DNA from: the human T2T-CHM13v2.0 reference genome, Homo sapiens
DNA length: 64,000 nucleotides
Assembly (NCBI RefSeq): GCF_009914755.1
Contig: NC_060936.1
Reading direction: 5' to 3' (one strand)
Below the pieces are notes generated by a model that saw nothing but the letters and a program-made list of their open reading frames with translations, made no database searches and had not been told where the DNA came from. Within the stretch, counting starts at the first letter, position 1. Each line of letters starts with the position of its first letter. Shown piece after piece: positions 63,211 through 64,000 of this stretch. Made by a program: the position numbers and the translations under genes.

Positions 63211-64000
63211 GCAGGTGGGAGTGAGAGGGCCTGAGCGTGTTCTAGGCCCTCCTGGGAATGTCGATTGAATTCAGGGTGCCCTGCAGAAGAAAGTGTTGTG
63301 CTGGGGACCCTGAAGGGCGAGAGTGGGTTCTGCCTGCCAGAGGGGCAGGGTTGGGCATTCTGCCAGCCAAGGGGCCAGCCCGAGGTGTCCCAGCCCTGGC
63401 ACCAGGGATTTGGCTGTGGAGTGCCACCAAGGTGGCCTCTGGGGAAAGGCTTTGGGGACAAGTGAGGTGGACAGCACTGGTGGTCCTTACCTCAACTCAT
63501 AGATGTGACAGGTAAGGCCCAGTGACAAAAGTGACTTGGCCAAGGTTGGCATGACTGGGACCTGAGCCTGAGCCCCCTGCTTTCCCCTGGGTTATTCCAC
63601 AGCAGGGAGACCCAGGTCCCCCATTTCAGCCCTGGTGGCTGCCATACGGGACAAGAGGTGTGTGTCCCTGGGCCAAGACAGCTCAGTCCCAGACCTCAGG
63701 TGCCTGATGGGGTCTGGGGTTGATAAGGCTGTTGGCAACTTGGGGCTTTTTCATTTAACTGATGCCTGCTGTCCTCTTGTGAGTCAGTATAACCAAGAGG
63801 GCTGGGGAAGCCTGGAAACTGAGCCAGGAGCATTTGGTTCCAAAGGACAATTGGCAATAAATATTAAATGCATGCAGCTTTCATAATAGTAACGATAACA
63901 CTAGTATATTAGAGAAAGTATAGCATCGCGGTTAATAGCACAGATGCCAAAGACACTGCCTGGTGTGAATTCTGGCTATGCTGTTTCTAACTGTGTGAAC

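Overview
Alu-dense primate genomic DNA, recognisable from the spliced translations as the human PLBD2-SDS-SDSL locus (chr12q24.13, from memory). On the + strand are PLBD2 exons 2-12 (9741-29253; exon 1 lies upstream of the window). On the - strand is the complete SDS gene (non-coding exon 1 at about 44396-44510, CDS 40336 to 33568, 328 aa), tail-to-tail with PLBD2. The promoter and non-coding first exon of the paralog SDSL (+) lie at about 63000-63101, head-to-head with SDS. Nearly all long entries in the ORF track are Alu or simple-repeat artefacts. Structure the genes do not explain: (1) a ~169-bp, ~92%-identical non-Alu inverted duplication bracketing in-frame PLBD2 exon 3; (2) a ~70-bp inverted duplication bracketing a higher-order (CCAT)n array in the long PLBD2 3'UTR; (3) a perfect CLEAR motif (GTCACGTGAC) in an old MLT1 LTR in intron 1 of this lysosomal gene; (4) a two-LTR MER4-group provirus with a GTTT target-site duplication about 250 bp upstream of the SDS start site; (5) two very young tandem duplications (165 bp and 33 bp). 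I see no evidence of a novel protein-coding gene. All identities are hand counts, and repeat family names are from memory.
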